From positions 88,040,001-88,104,000 of the forward strand of contig NC_042997.1 of NCBI RefSeq assembly GCF_006345805.1: a DNA stretch of 64,000 nt. The letters are read 5' to 3'. Below, piece by piece: positions 53,832 to 64,000 of the stretch. The notes under the pieces were generated by a model. It had not been told where the DNA came from, did not search any database, and was given only the letters and a program-made list of their open reading frames with translations. The first letter of the stretch is position 1, and every line of letters begins with the position of its first letter. Made by a program: the position numbers and the translations under genes. The stretch is from Octopus sinensis (lineage: Eukaryota).

Positions 53832-55184
53832 AAGCTAAAAATGTTTTAGCATTCCCATGTAATTTCTTGCCACCACAAAACCACTTATAGTAAACATGGT
53901 AGTAGTCTCTTTGTAGTTGGTTGACATGCTAGAAACAGCAGCAAAATCTCCCAAAAATCATACTGTAACCACCTTAAAAAATTGAAGGACACATTGGCTA
54001 ATATAGCCTTAGATAGCCCTAAAAAGACATAAGACAGGAATATCTTTGATTATATTGTTCCTGTCTGCACAATTAAGATTGACTTAGGGTTGAACAACAA
54101 CAGCAAAAACATTGATTTATTTATATTGACATGAAAAACCAAATACATAGAGAATTAGTAAGAAGGTTTGATAGAATGCCTTTCCAAAGAGCACTGGTGC
54201 TGGAATAAATATTTTTATGTAACCTACAATGTGAGGTTATAATTGAAGGACATTGATACTCAACAACTGAGGTTGACTGTCTATACTTGAATGACTGTCA
54301 TGATCAACATTGAGACATTATTGATTATTTTGAATGAGAGTCAACCAATTAAAAATCTAGTCTTTTCTGAAAGAAGTTGAGCATTCTCTAAATTTTCCTC
54401 TTCATCTCTTTTGTGTTTCTCACAACCTAATTATGTTTTGCATTTGATTTACATTAAAAAGCTTAGTATAGAGATAACAGTGCTGGATTGTATAGTTTAC
54501 TGTATTCTACTTCTCTACATTATTTGTTCTAATTTATGCAACACTATTCTCTCCAGACATGATGGCAACATAAAAGTGCTTGACCACACAGTAGTCGTCT
54601 GTAATGTTTTCCTGGTTTTATTTAAAAGACAAATCCAATTTTTCATATGAATCTATTAGTTGTGCACAAAAGTGTCTGCGGAAGTTTGACTCTGGTCAGT
54701 GAAACCATAGGTAATGATAACCAGAAAGAGACAGGGATGCAGCAACTAGCATTTCTTTCAACATTAAACTCTTGTTCTCTTCTATTTTATATCTTTTACT
54801 TGTTACAGTCATTATACTGTGGCCACAATAGGGTACCACCTTGAAGGATTTTTAGTTGAATGGATCAGCCCAACACCTTTTTTTTAAGCTTGGTACTTAT
54901 TTTATTGGTCTCTTTTATTAAACTAGTAAGTTACAGGGATGTAAACACACCAACATTGGTTGTCAAATGGTAGTGGGGAACAAATACACACAGACACACA
55001 CCCACACACACAGAACAGGTTTCTTTCAGTTTCCATCCACCAAATCCACTCACAAGGCTTCGGTCAGTCTGAAGATATAGTCAGACATGCAAGGTGTCAC
55101 GCAGTAGGAGTGAACGCAGAACCATCTGGTTGGGAAGCAAGCCTCTTACCACACAGCCATGACTATGCCTAAAAGAAAGACACA

Positions 55185-55256
55185 TTTCCATGCCAGGAAT
55201 TGAACCCGGGCCTCCTGGATGAAAGCAAGGAATCCTAACCACTAGACCACAAGGGA
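55185..55256 (-). pseudogene. tRNA-Glu(TTC) pseudogene
   Basis: TCCCTTG...CCTTG CT-TTC-AT CCAGG...CATGGAA A: two acceptor mismatches and an anticodon-stem mismatch; flanks homologous to the 53760 copy. Confidence 0.75.
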
Positions 55257-55439
55257 AAACTAAAAATGTTTTAGCTTTCTCATGTAATTTCTTACCACAA
55301 CAAAACCACCAATGGTAAACATTGTAGTAGTCTCCTTTTATTCCTTTCTTCTACCACTACTACAACACAAGAAATAGTCTCGTTTTTTAAACGCTGGTCT
55401 TTACTGTTTTCTTTGACAATCAACAATAAGTTATTTTAA

Positions 55440-55662
55440 CCCTTTAGCATTTAAACTGGTCATATCTAGCTCAAATATTTTACCCGTTTTAGGTTCAGAC
55501 TATCAAGATCTGGCCTCTTACACCTATCTTACAATGTCATTAAAAAAAAATGAAACAATTACTTCATCACAATCTTGGAACTATGAGATAATGCATAATT
55601 AATTCAGAACAATGTGAATAAATAATCGTTATATTTGATAGAGTAATCTGAATGATAAAGAG
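55440..55662. mobile_element. piggyBac-type MITE
   Basis: TTAA|CCCTTTAGCATT ... AATGATAAAGAG|TGAA (decayed right end). Confidence 0.7.
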
Positions 55663-56529
55663 TGAATGAGTATGTAACTAACAAGTATGCTCATCTAGAA
55701 TAGGTGCAAGCATGGCTATGTATGTATAAGATTTGCTTCTCAACCATATGGTTTGGAGTTTAGTTCTATTGCAAAGCACCTTGGGCTAACGTTTTCTACT
55801 GGAGCCTAAGGCTGACTAAAACATTGTGGATGTATTTGATGGATGGAAACTAAAAGGATTCTATTGTATATGCTTGAGTGTGTGTGTGTGTGGGGGGGGG
55901 TTGCACATGTATGCATATATCACTTTGTCTTGACATCACAGAATATTTATAAAGCATCACTTTCCTACAAGCAGAGTCACTCATTTTCAATTTTCTGTGA
56001 AAAAGTGTCCAGCCATGGGGAAAATATTACCTTGCTTAGAAAACAGATGAAGGTTTCCTAGTGGAAGAGCATTGAATTGTAGAAAACCTGCTTTGAAGAA
56101 TTCTGTCTGACTGTTACAACCTTAGAAATGTCGACATTAAAAAGATAATAATGGTGGTGGTGGTGATGGTGAAAATACTCAGTCTCTGTTCTAATTGCGC
56201 AGCAACTCCAGTATTAATAAAACTGGTATAATTGTTCTGCTATTTTGAATTTTTTACCGATGCAACCTTGACTTGCTACATTTTCATTATACATAAGGTG
56301 GCAAGCAGACAGAATCGTTACCATTACAGAGAAAATGCTTAGTGGCAGTTCTTTGGCATTATGTTATTAAGTTCAAATGCCACCAAGACTGACTTTGCTA
56401 TTCATTCTTTTGGGAGTCAATAAAATAAGTACCAGTTGAACACTGGAGTCAATGTAATTGAATTACCCCTTCCCTGAAGTTGCTGGCCTTGTGCCAAAAT
56501 TTGAAACTAATATACTTTGGCTATACGTG

Positions 56530-56970
56530 ATTTTGTCCCTAGTAGTCTGTCTGCCAAAGTGTATAAAGGAATATAATATTTATCCCAATAGAAATGAAGT
56601 CGATATTAACTTCAGAGATGTTAGCCAAACTGCAGAGAGGGAAGAAGTACAAAAAAGACTTCTGATTATTTAATCTTACAATATTCATACCACAGTCTAA
56701 ATATTCACTGTATCTATAATAATTTATTCTGCTGGAACTGACATAGAAGCCATCACCTGCAGATAAGACATTGTGCTCACTCACTAACTTTATATGTTAG
56801 AATTGAGTAGTAATTTCTTTCTTATATGATGTATTAGAATCTTATAAGTCCATTACATTACCTATTTGGTAATGTCACCTCTTATTACAAAAAGCCTATA
56901 ACGTATATAGATCTTTTCTATTCTTAATTACAAGGAAGTGTGTAGAACTTGCGCGCAGGAGAATTGTGTG
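56530..56970 (-). pseudogene. Very decayed PLE RT fragment
   Basis: NSPARKFYTLP (cf. PARFY.LPKIHK), HNVLSAGDGFY (cf. HN.F.F....Y), YYRY, IIFLYT. Confidence 0.4.
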
Positions 56971-57332
56971 TATGTATGTGTGTGTTTTGATTTGGTGTAG
57001 GCGTATGGAAGTCCAGCCAGCACGAAAGAAAATAATTTCTGATATAAGGGAAATAACTCATGATTATTTTCTTTTATGGTATGTAAGAGTGACGTCCCAT
57101 GTAACATTTTGGATTACATGTGTATCTCTTGTTTATCATCACGTTTATCCGATTAAATTAAGCCAGATGCTAGTTTGAGTCACCTATTTAGAGGTGTTTG
57201 AAATTAAGGATTAAATATATTTTAGTGAAGATGTTGCAAGTAATAGAAATTATAAAGGATAGTTTGGTGTTTTATCGGGAGAAAAATAGAGACAGTGTAG
57301 TATGGTGTCATTACAGAGTAGAAATTAAGTTT

Positions 57333-57640
57333 AATAATAATAATGATGAAATTATTGTATACAGTGCTCAGGTGCACAACAACTTGTCAAAAGTGCGTAT
57401 AAAGCATATGCAGTAATGAACAAATGTCTGGAAGGTGAACAGTGTATGAGTCAGATACATGCTTACGTGTGTATGGAGGGGAGAAAATCAGGTGTAGTGT
57501 AGGCGAATCTCAAGAAGTTTTGAAGGATGCAGTGCTCCGATAACTAACAACTGATGCCGGCAGTTTGTTCCATACTTCAGCAACTCTTAGCGTGAAAAAA
57601 TGTTTCCGAAGGTCATGGGAGCTGTGCTGTTTAGTGATTT
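57333..57640 (-). mobile_element. CR1-type LINE 3' end with (ATT)n tail
   Basis: HDLRKHFFTLRVAEVWNKLPASVV...SFK C-terminal motif, 3' UTR, then the ATT tail. Confidence 0.85.
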
Positions 57641-58577
57641 CACATTTTGGCTCAAGGCCAGCCATTTTGAGGGAAGGGGGTTAGTTGCTTACATCGACCC
57701 CAGTGCTAAACTAGTACTTATTTTATCGACCTCAAAAGGATGAAAGGCAAAGTCGACCTCAGCGGAATTTAAACTCACAACATAGGCTGGGACAAAATTC
57801 CAGATATGTGGGGATGGGGTTCATTTGTATCAACAAAACTCTTCACCTCAGAATTGCTGGCCTTGTGCCTAAATTAGAAACAATTATTTCATATATGAAA
57901 ATGTAGGGGAAAGTTGGGTGGAATAAAAACCCAGTATTTTAGCTGTTTGAAGTTAAGGCACTAGTCCGTTCTTAAAACATAAGACACTTTTAGGATTCCT
58001 GTTCATAGTTTCTTGATTGAAGAAGTCTGAAAGATTTTTTATATGAAGTTGATTAAATTCATTCCAGAATTTAGCTTTTATTTACATTATCAATTCCTGC
58101 ATGATTAAAAAGGTTTGGCCGAATGATATATTTGCAGGTACCACTGCAAACATAAAAACCTGCTAGAAGTATAAAGAAACAGGCTGAGCCATGTAATTAA
58201 AAAGTCTGATTTGGTGTGGAATTCACCTACACACCACTTTAAATATCTTTAAGTATCTACCAAGCCTTGTGAAATAAATTAGGTAGAAAAAAACTGGAAG
58301 AACATCAGATGGACTGTGCAGTAGGGTACAGAATTTGGCCATTGCTCAATTTAATCACAACCTAGCTTTGGGTATTTTACTAAAGTCCATTCTGTTGCAT
58401 GCATTTGGACTAATCCTTTCGCATCTTTCTGCTGCCAGAGTCAAAATTTGTGCAAAAACACATCATGGGTACTTACCTAATTTTTTTGACTAAGCCATAA
58501 AAAATAATGAATGAAAATCTTTATAGTAATATCCCATTGAGAATAGGTGTACATATGTACAGGCACACACACCAGCA

Positions 58578-58611
<34 letters not shown>

Positions 58612-58714
58612 CATACATGTCTGTGTGTGTGTATACATGTATATATGTGCGTGTGCATGTGTGTATCTACACATACACACAAACCCACACACAAACTTTA
58701 AAAAAAATCACCCA

Positions 58715-58850
58715 CCCAACCAAGTGAGCAACCGAAACCAGATAGATTTTATTCTCATAAAGAAATGGGATAGGTAGCTGATTGTATATGTCAAATCTTT
58801 CTCAGGTCGAGAGCGTACTACTCAACATAGATTAGTGGTTAGTGTCTTCA
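58715..58850 (+). pseudogene. RTE apurinic endonuclease fragment
   Basis: NQIDFILIKKWDR*...VKSFSGRERTTQHRLVV matches QIDYIL...SDH-type end motif. Confidence 0.6.
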
Positions 58851-58971
58851 ATATAAAAGCTTCTTCAACAAAGAGACAAAAGGTAATTTGGGAAAGAAAA
58901 TGAAGATACAGAAGTAGAAAGAACTGCCCATCTTCTGCGTGTGTGTGTGTATGTGTATATATATATATATA

Positions 58972-60808
58972 TCATCATCATCATCATCGTTTAACATCCG
59001 CTTTCCATGTTGACATGGGTTGGACAGCATGAATGAGGGCTGGCAAGACAGAAGGCTGCACCAGGCTCCAATCTGATCTGGCAAAGTTTCTATAGGTGAA
59101 TGCCCTTCCTAATGCCAACTCGAATGGTGCTCTTTACATGCCAACGGTACGGGACCAGTCTGTTGGCACTGGCATTGACCATGCTTGAATGGTCTTTTTT
59201 ACATGCCACCAGCACCAGAGCCAGTCAGGTGGCACTGGCAATGACTACGCTTGAATGATGCTTTTTGCATGACACCAGCACAGGACCAGTCAGACAGCAC
59301 TGGCATTGACGATGCTTGAATAGTGCTTTATACGTGTCACTGGCACAGGTGCCAATTAGGCAATACTGTCATCAGCCACGACAATGACTTCACTTACCTC
59401 AACAGGTCCTTCACAGGTGCAATTTATTGCCCAATGATTGAAGGGTACTCTTAAATGGGCTGGTTATGCTGCACTGGCATAGGCCATGGTTATTGTCTCA
59501 CTTGGCTTGCTGAGTCTTCTCAAGCACAGTGTATCTCCAAAGGTCTCAATCACTTGTCATTGTCTCGGTGATGCCCAACATTTGAAGGTTGTGTTGTGCT
59601 TTACCACCTCATCCCAGGCCTTCTTGGGTCTACTTCTCCCACAGTTTCCCTCTACTGCTAGGGTGTGATACTTTTCACACAGCTGACCTCATTCATACAC
59701 AAGACATGACCATACCAGCACAGTTGTCTCTTTTGCACATCACATCTAATGCTTCTTATGTCCAACTTATCTCTCAGGGCGCTTACACTCTGTCGTATTT
59801 GCACACTAACACTACACATCCAGCAGAGTCGACATCGGCGGAATTCCTTGCATGTGTGTATCTGCATACATTGAATATATTAGTGTGTGTAGATACATGC
59901 ATGCCCTCAGCAGTCACAGCCCATGTTTCACTGCCATGTAGCATGGCTGTTCATACATAGGCATCATACAGTCTACCTTTTACTTTGAGTGAGAGGCCCT
60001 TTGTTACAAGCATAAGTAGGAGCTCTCTGAACTTTGACCAGGCTGTTCTTATTCTAGCTGCTACACTTTCTGTTAGCCTTTTTTTGATATTGCTGCACTT
60101 CTTCTGTGTCCATAGCTTGCACCGAATACATCTTATAGAGTTTTTACCCATACCTTTTCTACAGATCGAACAGGACCATCTACCTGAAGGGATTTGTGGT
60201 TTGTCTGCCTTCCTACTTATTAAAACTTTGATTTTTGCTAGATTTACTCTAAGGCCCTTCGATTCTAAACCTTGCTTCCACACCTGAAACTTCTCTAGTT
60301 CTGATAGTGACTCAGCAATTAGAGCAAGGTCATCAGCATAGGGAAGCTCCCCGGGGCATCCTGTCTCAAATTCCTCTGTTATTGCCTGGTGGACTATGAT
60401 GAATAAAAGGGGGCTGAGGATTGATCCTTGGTGGATGCCTACCCCTATCTAGAATTCTTCACTATACTAGTTACCAACCCTCACCATACTGACAGTATCC
60501 CTGCACATGGCTTATACAGCTGTCACTAACTACTCATCTATCCCTAGTTTCTGCATTGACCTCCAGATAAGGGATTGGGAGACCCTGTCAAAGGCTTTCT
60601 CCATGTCAACGAAAGCCAGGTACAGAGGTTTATCTTTGGCTAGGTATTTCTCCTACAACTGTCTTACCAGAAATATAGCATCAGTGGTGCTTTTCCCTGG
60701 CACAAACCCAAACTGCATCTCATCTAGACTGACTCTCTCCCTAATTAGTTGGGCTATGACCCTCTCCATGGCTTTCATTAACTGATCCAACAACTTGATA
60801 CCTCTGTA
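58972..60808 (-). mobile_element. 5'-truncated RTE LINE (RT pseudogene 59498-60808 + 3' UTR + (GAT)n tail)
   Basis: QFGFVPGKSTTDAIF, FVDMEKAFDRV, GIHQGSILSPLLF, PYADDLAL, GLRVNLAKIK, Cys cluster CSIC..C..C, ending AVLEKTQQAK*; several stops and frameshifts. Confidence 0.95.
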
Positions 60809-60995
60809 AAAATTCCTAAGGGTGCAATGGGTAAATTGTCACCATTTCATATTTTTAATTTTGCTTACCATTTATACACATGCACACACACACACACATT
60901 GGGAAAACCTCATTAAAATTAATATTAATATTTCTGAAAATATATGTTAGCACAACATTATCAGGACAATCCAAAACTAGTGAAATATATATAAA

Positions 60996-61812
60996 GGTAA
61001 TCTTTATATCCAACTTAGCATGAATGTCTTGTTAGAGCACTGAATAGTGCATCATTAACCTTGAGAGATCCTCTCATATAGGTGCTTGGTGCATACAAGT
61101 ACACACACCAGTTATAGAAGACAAGAATTGTCTTGTCATGGTTGCTGGAATCCCCATATCACATGATTTCACTTAACTGAAAATCATCAGTGGGAAGTGT
61201 CTGGTCACCACATGCCAGTCAAATATGACTGCTACAATATATTGAATACCAGTAGCTTTTCAGACACTGTTGTCGTAAATACCCAGCAGGCTTATCAAAA
61301 ATTAATTACCTGCAACAGAAGCAGTATTAATACAAAATGGTAATCTTTCTATCCAACTTAAAATGGATGTCTTGTTAGAACACTGAATACTGTGTTATTA
61401 GCCTCAGAAGATCCTCTCAAAATAGGCGCTATGATTTATGTGTGTGTTTTTATGTTCCAGGTGCCTATTAATACCTTTTGGTATAAATGCTGATTCTGTC
61501 ACTAATAATTAATTTTTGATAAGCCTGCTGGCTATTTGTGACATTAGTGTCTGAAAAGAAGCTCATATTTTATATATTGAAGCAAGATTCGACCTCTGAT
61601 GATTTCCAGTTGAATGAAATCACATGGCATGACAGACAGTCCTCATCTGCTATGATCTATGTGCGTGCTTTTATGCACCAAGCACCTATATAAGAGGATC
61701 TCTCAAGACTAATAATGCATTATTCAGTGTTCTAACAAGACATCCTTATTAAGTTGGATATAAAGATTACATTATTTTGGTATTAATACTGCTGCTGTCG
61801 CTGATAATTAAT
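60996..61812. mobile_element. Inverted array of a 343-bp HHR-bearing monomer (about 1.3 copies at 60996-61430; about 0.9 copy inverted at 61505-61812)
   Basis: GGTAATCTTT.TATCCAACTTA segment at 60996 and 61339 (offset 343) and inverted at about 61680-61770. Confidence 0.8.
61151..61196 (-). ncRNA. Type I hammerhead motif (weak stem II)
   Basis: TTCCCA CTGATGA T TTT CAGTT AAG T GAAA TCA TG TGA TA TGGGGA; decayed partner on + at 61590-61635. Confidence 0.6.
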
Positions 61813-61844
61813 ATATATATATATATATATAATATATATATATA

Positions 61845-62866
61845 TCATCATCATCATTTAACGCCCGCTTTCCATGCTAGCATGGGTTGGACGGTTCAAC
61901 TGGGGTCTGGGGAGCCCGAAAGCTGCACCAGTCCAGTCAGATCTGGCAGTGTTTCTACAGCTGGATGCCCTTCCTAACGCCAACCACTCCGAGAGTGTAG
62001 TGGGTGATTTTATGTGCCACCGACACAGGTGCCAGACGAGGCTGGCAGACGGCCACGCTCGGATGGTGTTTTTATGTGCCACCGACACAGGTGCCAGATG
62101 AGGCTGGCAAACGGCCACGATCGGATGGTGTTTGTTACGTGCCCACAGCATGGAGACCAGTCGATGCGGTACTGGCTACGGCCACGTTCGGATGGTTTTC
62201 TTGTGTGCCACGTGCCACCGGCACTGGTACCACAAAGATACAAATTCCATTGATGTTCATCTATTTTGATTTGTTTTGATTTGATTTTCACTTGCCTCAA
62301 CAGGTCTTCACAAGTGTCACAAGAAGGAAGGTATGCACAGGTGGACTGACTACGTCCCAGGTAGGGGCCACAGGTTATGGCCTGACTAGTCTTGCCGGGT
62401 CTTCGGATGGTGTTTTTATGTGCCACCGACACAGGTGCCAGATGAGGCTGGCGAACGACCACGATCGGATGGTGTTTGTTACGTGCCCACAGCACGGAGG
62501 CCAGTCGGTGCGGTACTGGCTACGGCCACGTTCGGATGGTTTTCTTGTGTGCCACCGGCACTGGTACCACAAAGATACAATTCCATTAATGTTCATCTAT
62601 TTTGATTTGTTTTGATTTGATTTGATTTGATTTCATTTTGATTTTCACTTGCCTCAACAGGCCTTCACAAGTATCACAAGGAGGAAGGTATGCACAGGTG
62701 GACTGACTACGTCCCAGGTAGGGGCCATGGGATATGGCCTGACTAGTCTTGCCGGGTCTTCGGATGGTGTTTTTATGTGCCATCGACACAGGTGCTAGAT
62801 GAGGCTGGCAAACGGCCACGATCGGATGGTGTTTGTTATGTGCCCACAGCACGATGGCCAGTCGAT
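61845..62866 (-). mobile_element. Young RTE 3' end with an internal ~350-bp tandem repeat (about 2.3 units)
   Basis: Units at about 62060-62402, 62403-62760 and 62761-62866; each full unit contains the ORF-terminal AAGACCCGGCAAGACTAG (minus strand). Confidence 0.85.
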
Positions 62867-63905
62867 AAATTTTTTACTTAATTATGTTGTGAAATTTCTT
62901 GCTCATTTCATGATGAAATAGGTAGATAGTTCTTGTAAATTTCTCAGATTATTTATATTACCTAATTGTAGTTTACATTCTGAACTATGAGTTTGATATT
63001 CAAATCAAATTTATTTTCAGTTAATTTAGGATTTAATGGAGAATTAATTGATCTCTGAAGGCCTTCTTTACGTCTTTGTGTTGCCAAAACATTAAAACTT
63101 GTGACATCTACAATGGGAACATTATGGGACAATTGAGAGAAAATTAAGTCAAATGCCCAAAAAGTTACTCTATTAACTGCTTGGACATTATCTTTTCATA
63201 GATCTAATGTGAGGGTTAAGATACACAGCTCAGACTTGACATAAGACCAAACTTGACATAATGTACAAACAGATGATACCCCATAAATATCAAAGAACTT
63301 TGGAGAGGTTCTTCATTCTCAAGCAGATGATGATAATGATGAATTGTAAGATAAAAGCAGTGTCCTTTCTCCTCCTGATGGCTCTCATACCCTCACCATC
63401 CCTCACATTGTGAACATCATTTGTGATAAAAACATACCCTATTATGATTCTTATTTATTCCCTAACCTATCTATCTTCAAATGTTAAGTATACATATTGC
63501 GCTGTATATGTATAGAAATTATTATTTTCATGCATAAAACTGGTCATGTTGCTTTTTTTTTTTTAGGAGGTGGGGACAAAAATAATGCCTTGAAACACAC
63601 TATCACTTAATAACTTGAAAATCAATGGTAAAGTTAATTTTGCATTACGGGATTCTGCATTACACCAAGTTTTTCAGGAAACATTGTTTCCGTAATGTGG
63701 GGTATTTCTGTATCCTGTACTATCTCATGGCGCATTATAGAATGTAAAAATAAATTTTGATTGCAGAAATTAATAATTAAACTGAACATTTGCCACAAAT
63801 AAATTAATTCACTGTTTAGATGATTGAAACAGTATAATACTTGAATAATTGCCTGTTTTTATTGTTTTATTCTATTTTATCTAGTCCAGTTCATCATTAC
63901 TTTAA

Positions 63906-64000
63906 CCCTTTAGCATTTAAACCGGCCATATCCGGCTCAAAATTTTCTACATGTTTTATGTTCAAACTGGCCAAATCTGGCTTCTCACACCTACGTAAGA
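63906..64000. mobile_element. piggyBac-type MITE left end, cut by the window edge
   Basis: TTAA|CCCTTTAGCATTTAAACCGGCCATATCCGGC, same family as 55440. Confidence 0.75.

Noticed and set aside
54627-54710. 82-nt exon candidate ending ATAG|GTAATG
   Set aside because: Weak acceptor and no homology recognised.
61858-62852. Multiple overlapping 60-160 aa ORFs and regularly spaced repeats that could suggest a CRISPR array
   Set aside because: They come from the RTE 3' UTR minisatellite; units repeat in full with no unique spacers, in a eukaryotic context without cas genes.

Overview
AT-rich eukaryotic genomic DNA (intergenic or deep intronic). The repeat families (tRNA-derived SINEs, RTE 3' ends with (GAT)n tails, long TA/TG microsatellites) look like those of an Octopus-type cephalopod; this is inferred from recall, not from a search. 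I found no supportable host exon or gene, and nearly all ORFs in the track are microsatellite or transposon artefacts. The window holds decayed transposons: mariner, a DD37D maT fragment, RTE and CR1 LINE fragments, hAT, piggyBac and Kolobok-like MITEs, a probable solo LTR and Penelope-like elements (PLE). It also has two tRNA-Glu(TTC) copies. The main unannotated signal is a set of about nine type I hammerhead ribozyme (HHR) motifs from at least five repeat families. One sits in the 3' pLTR of a young PLE and has a second copy with a compensatory stem change. Two head-to-head inverted-repeat elements (46171-46685, 60996-61812) carry an HHR motif in each arm, and the 46 kb pair is canonical and identical. 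A 558-bp direct-repeat-bounded unit has a decayed HHR. Four motifs share a U.U opposition at the base of stem II. All coordinates and structures were read by eye.
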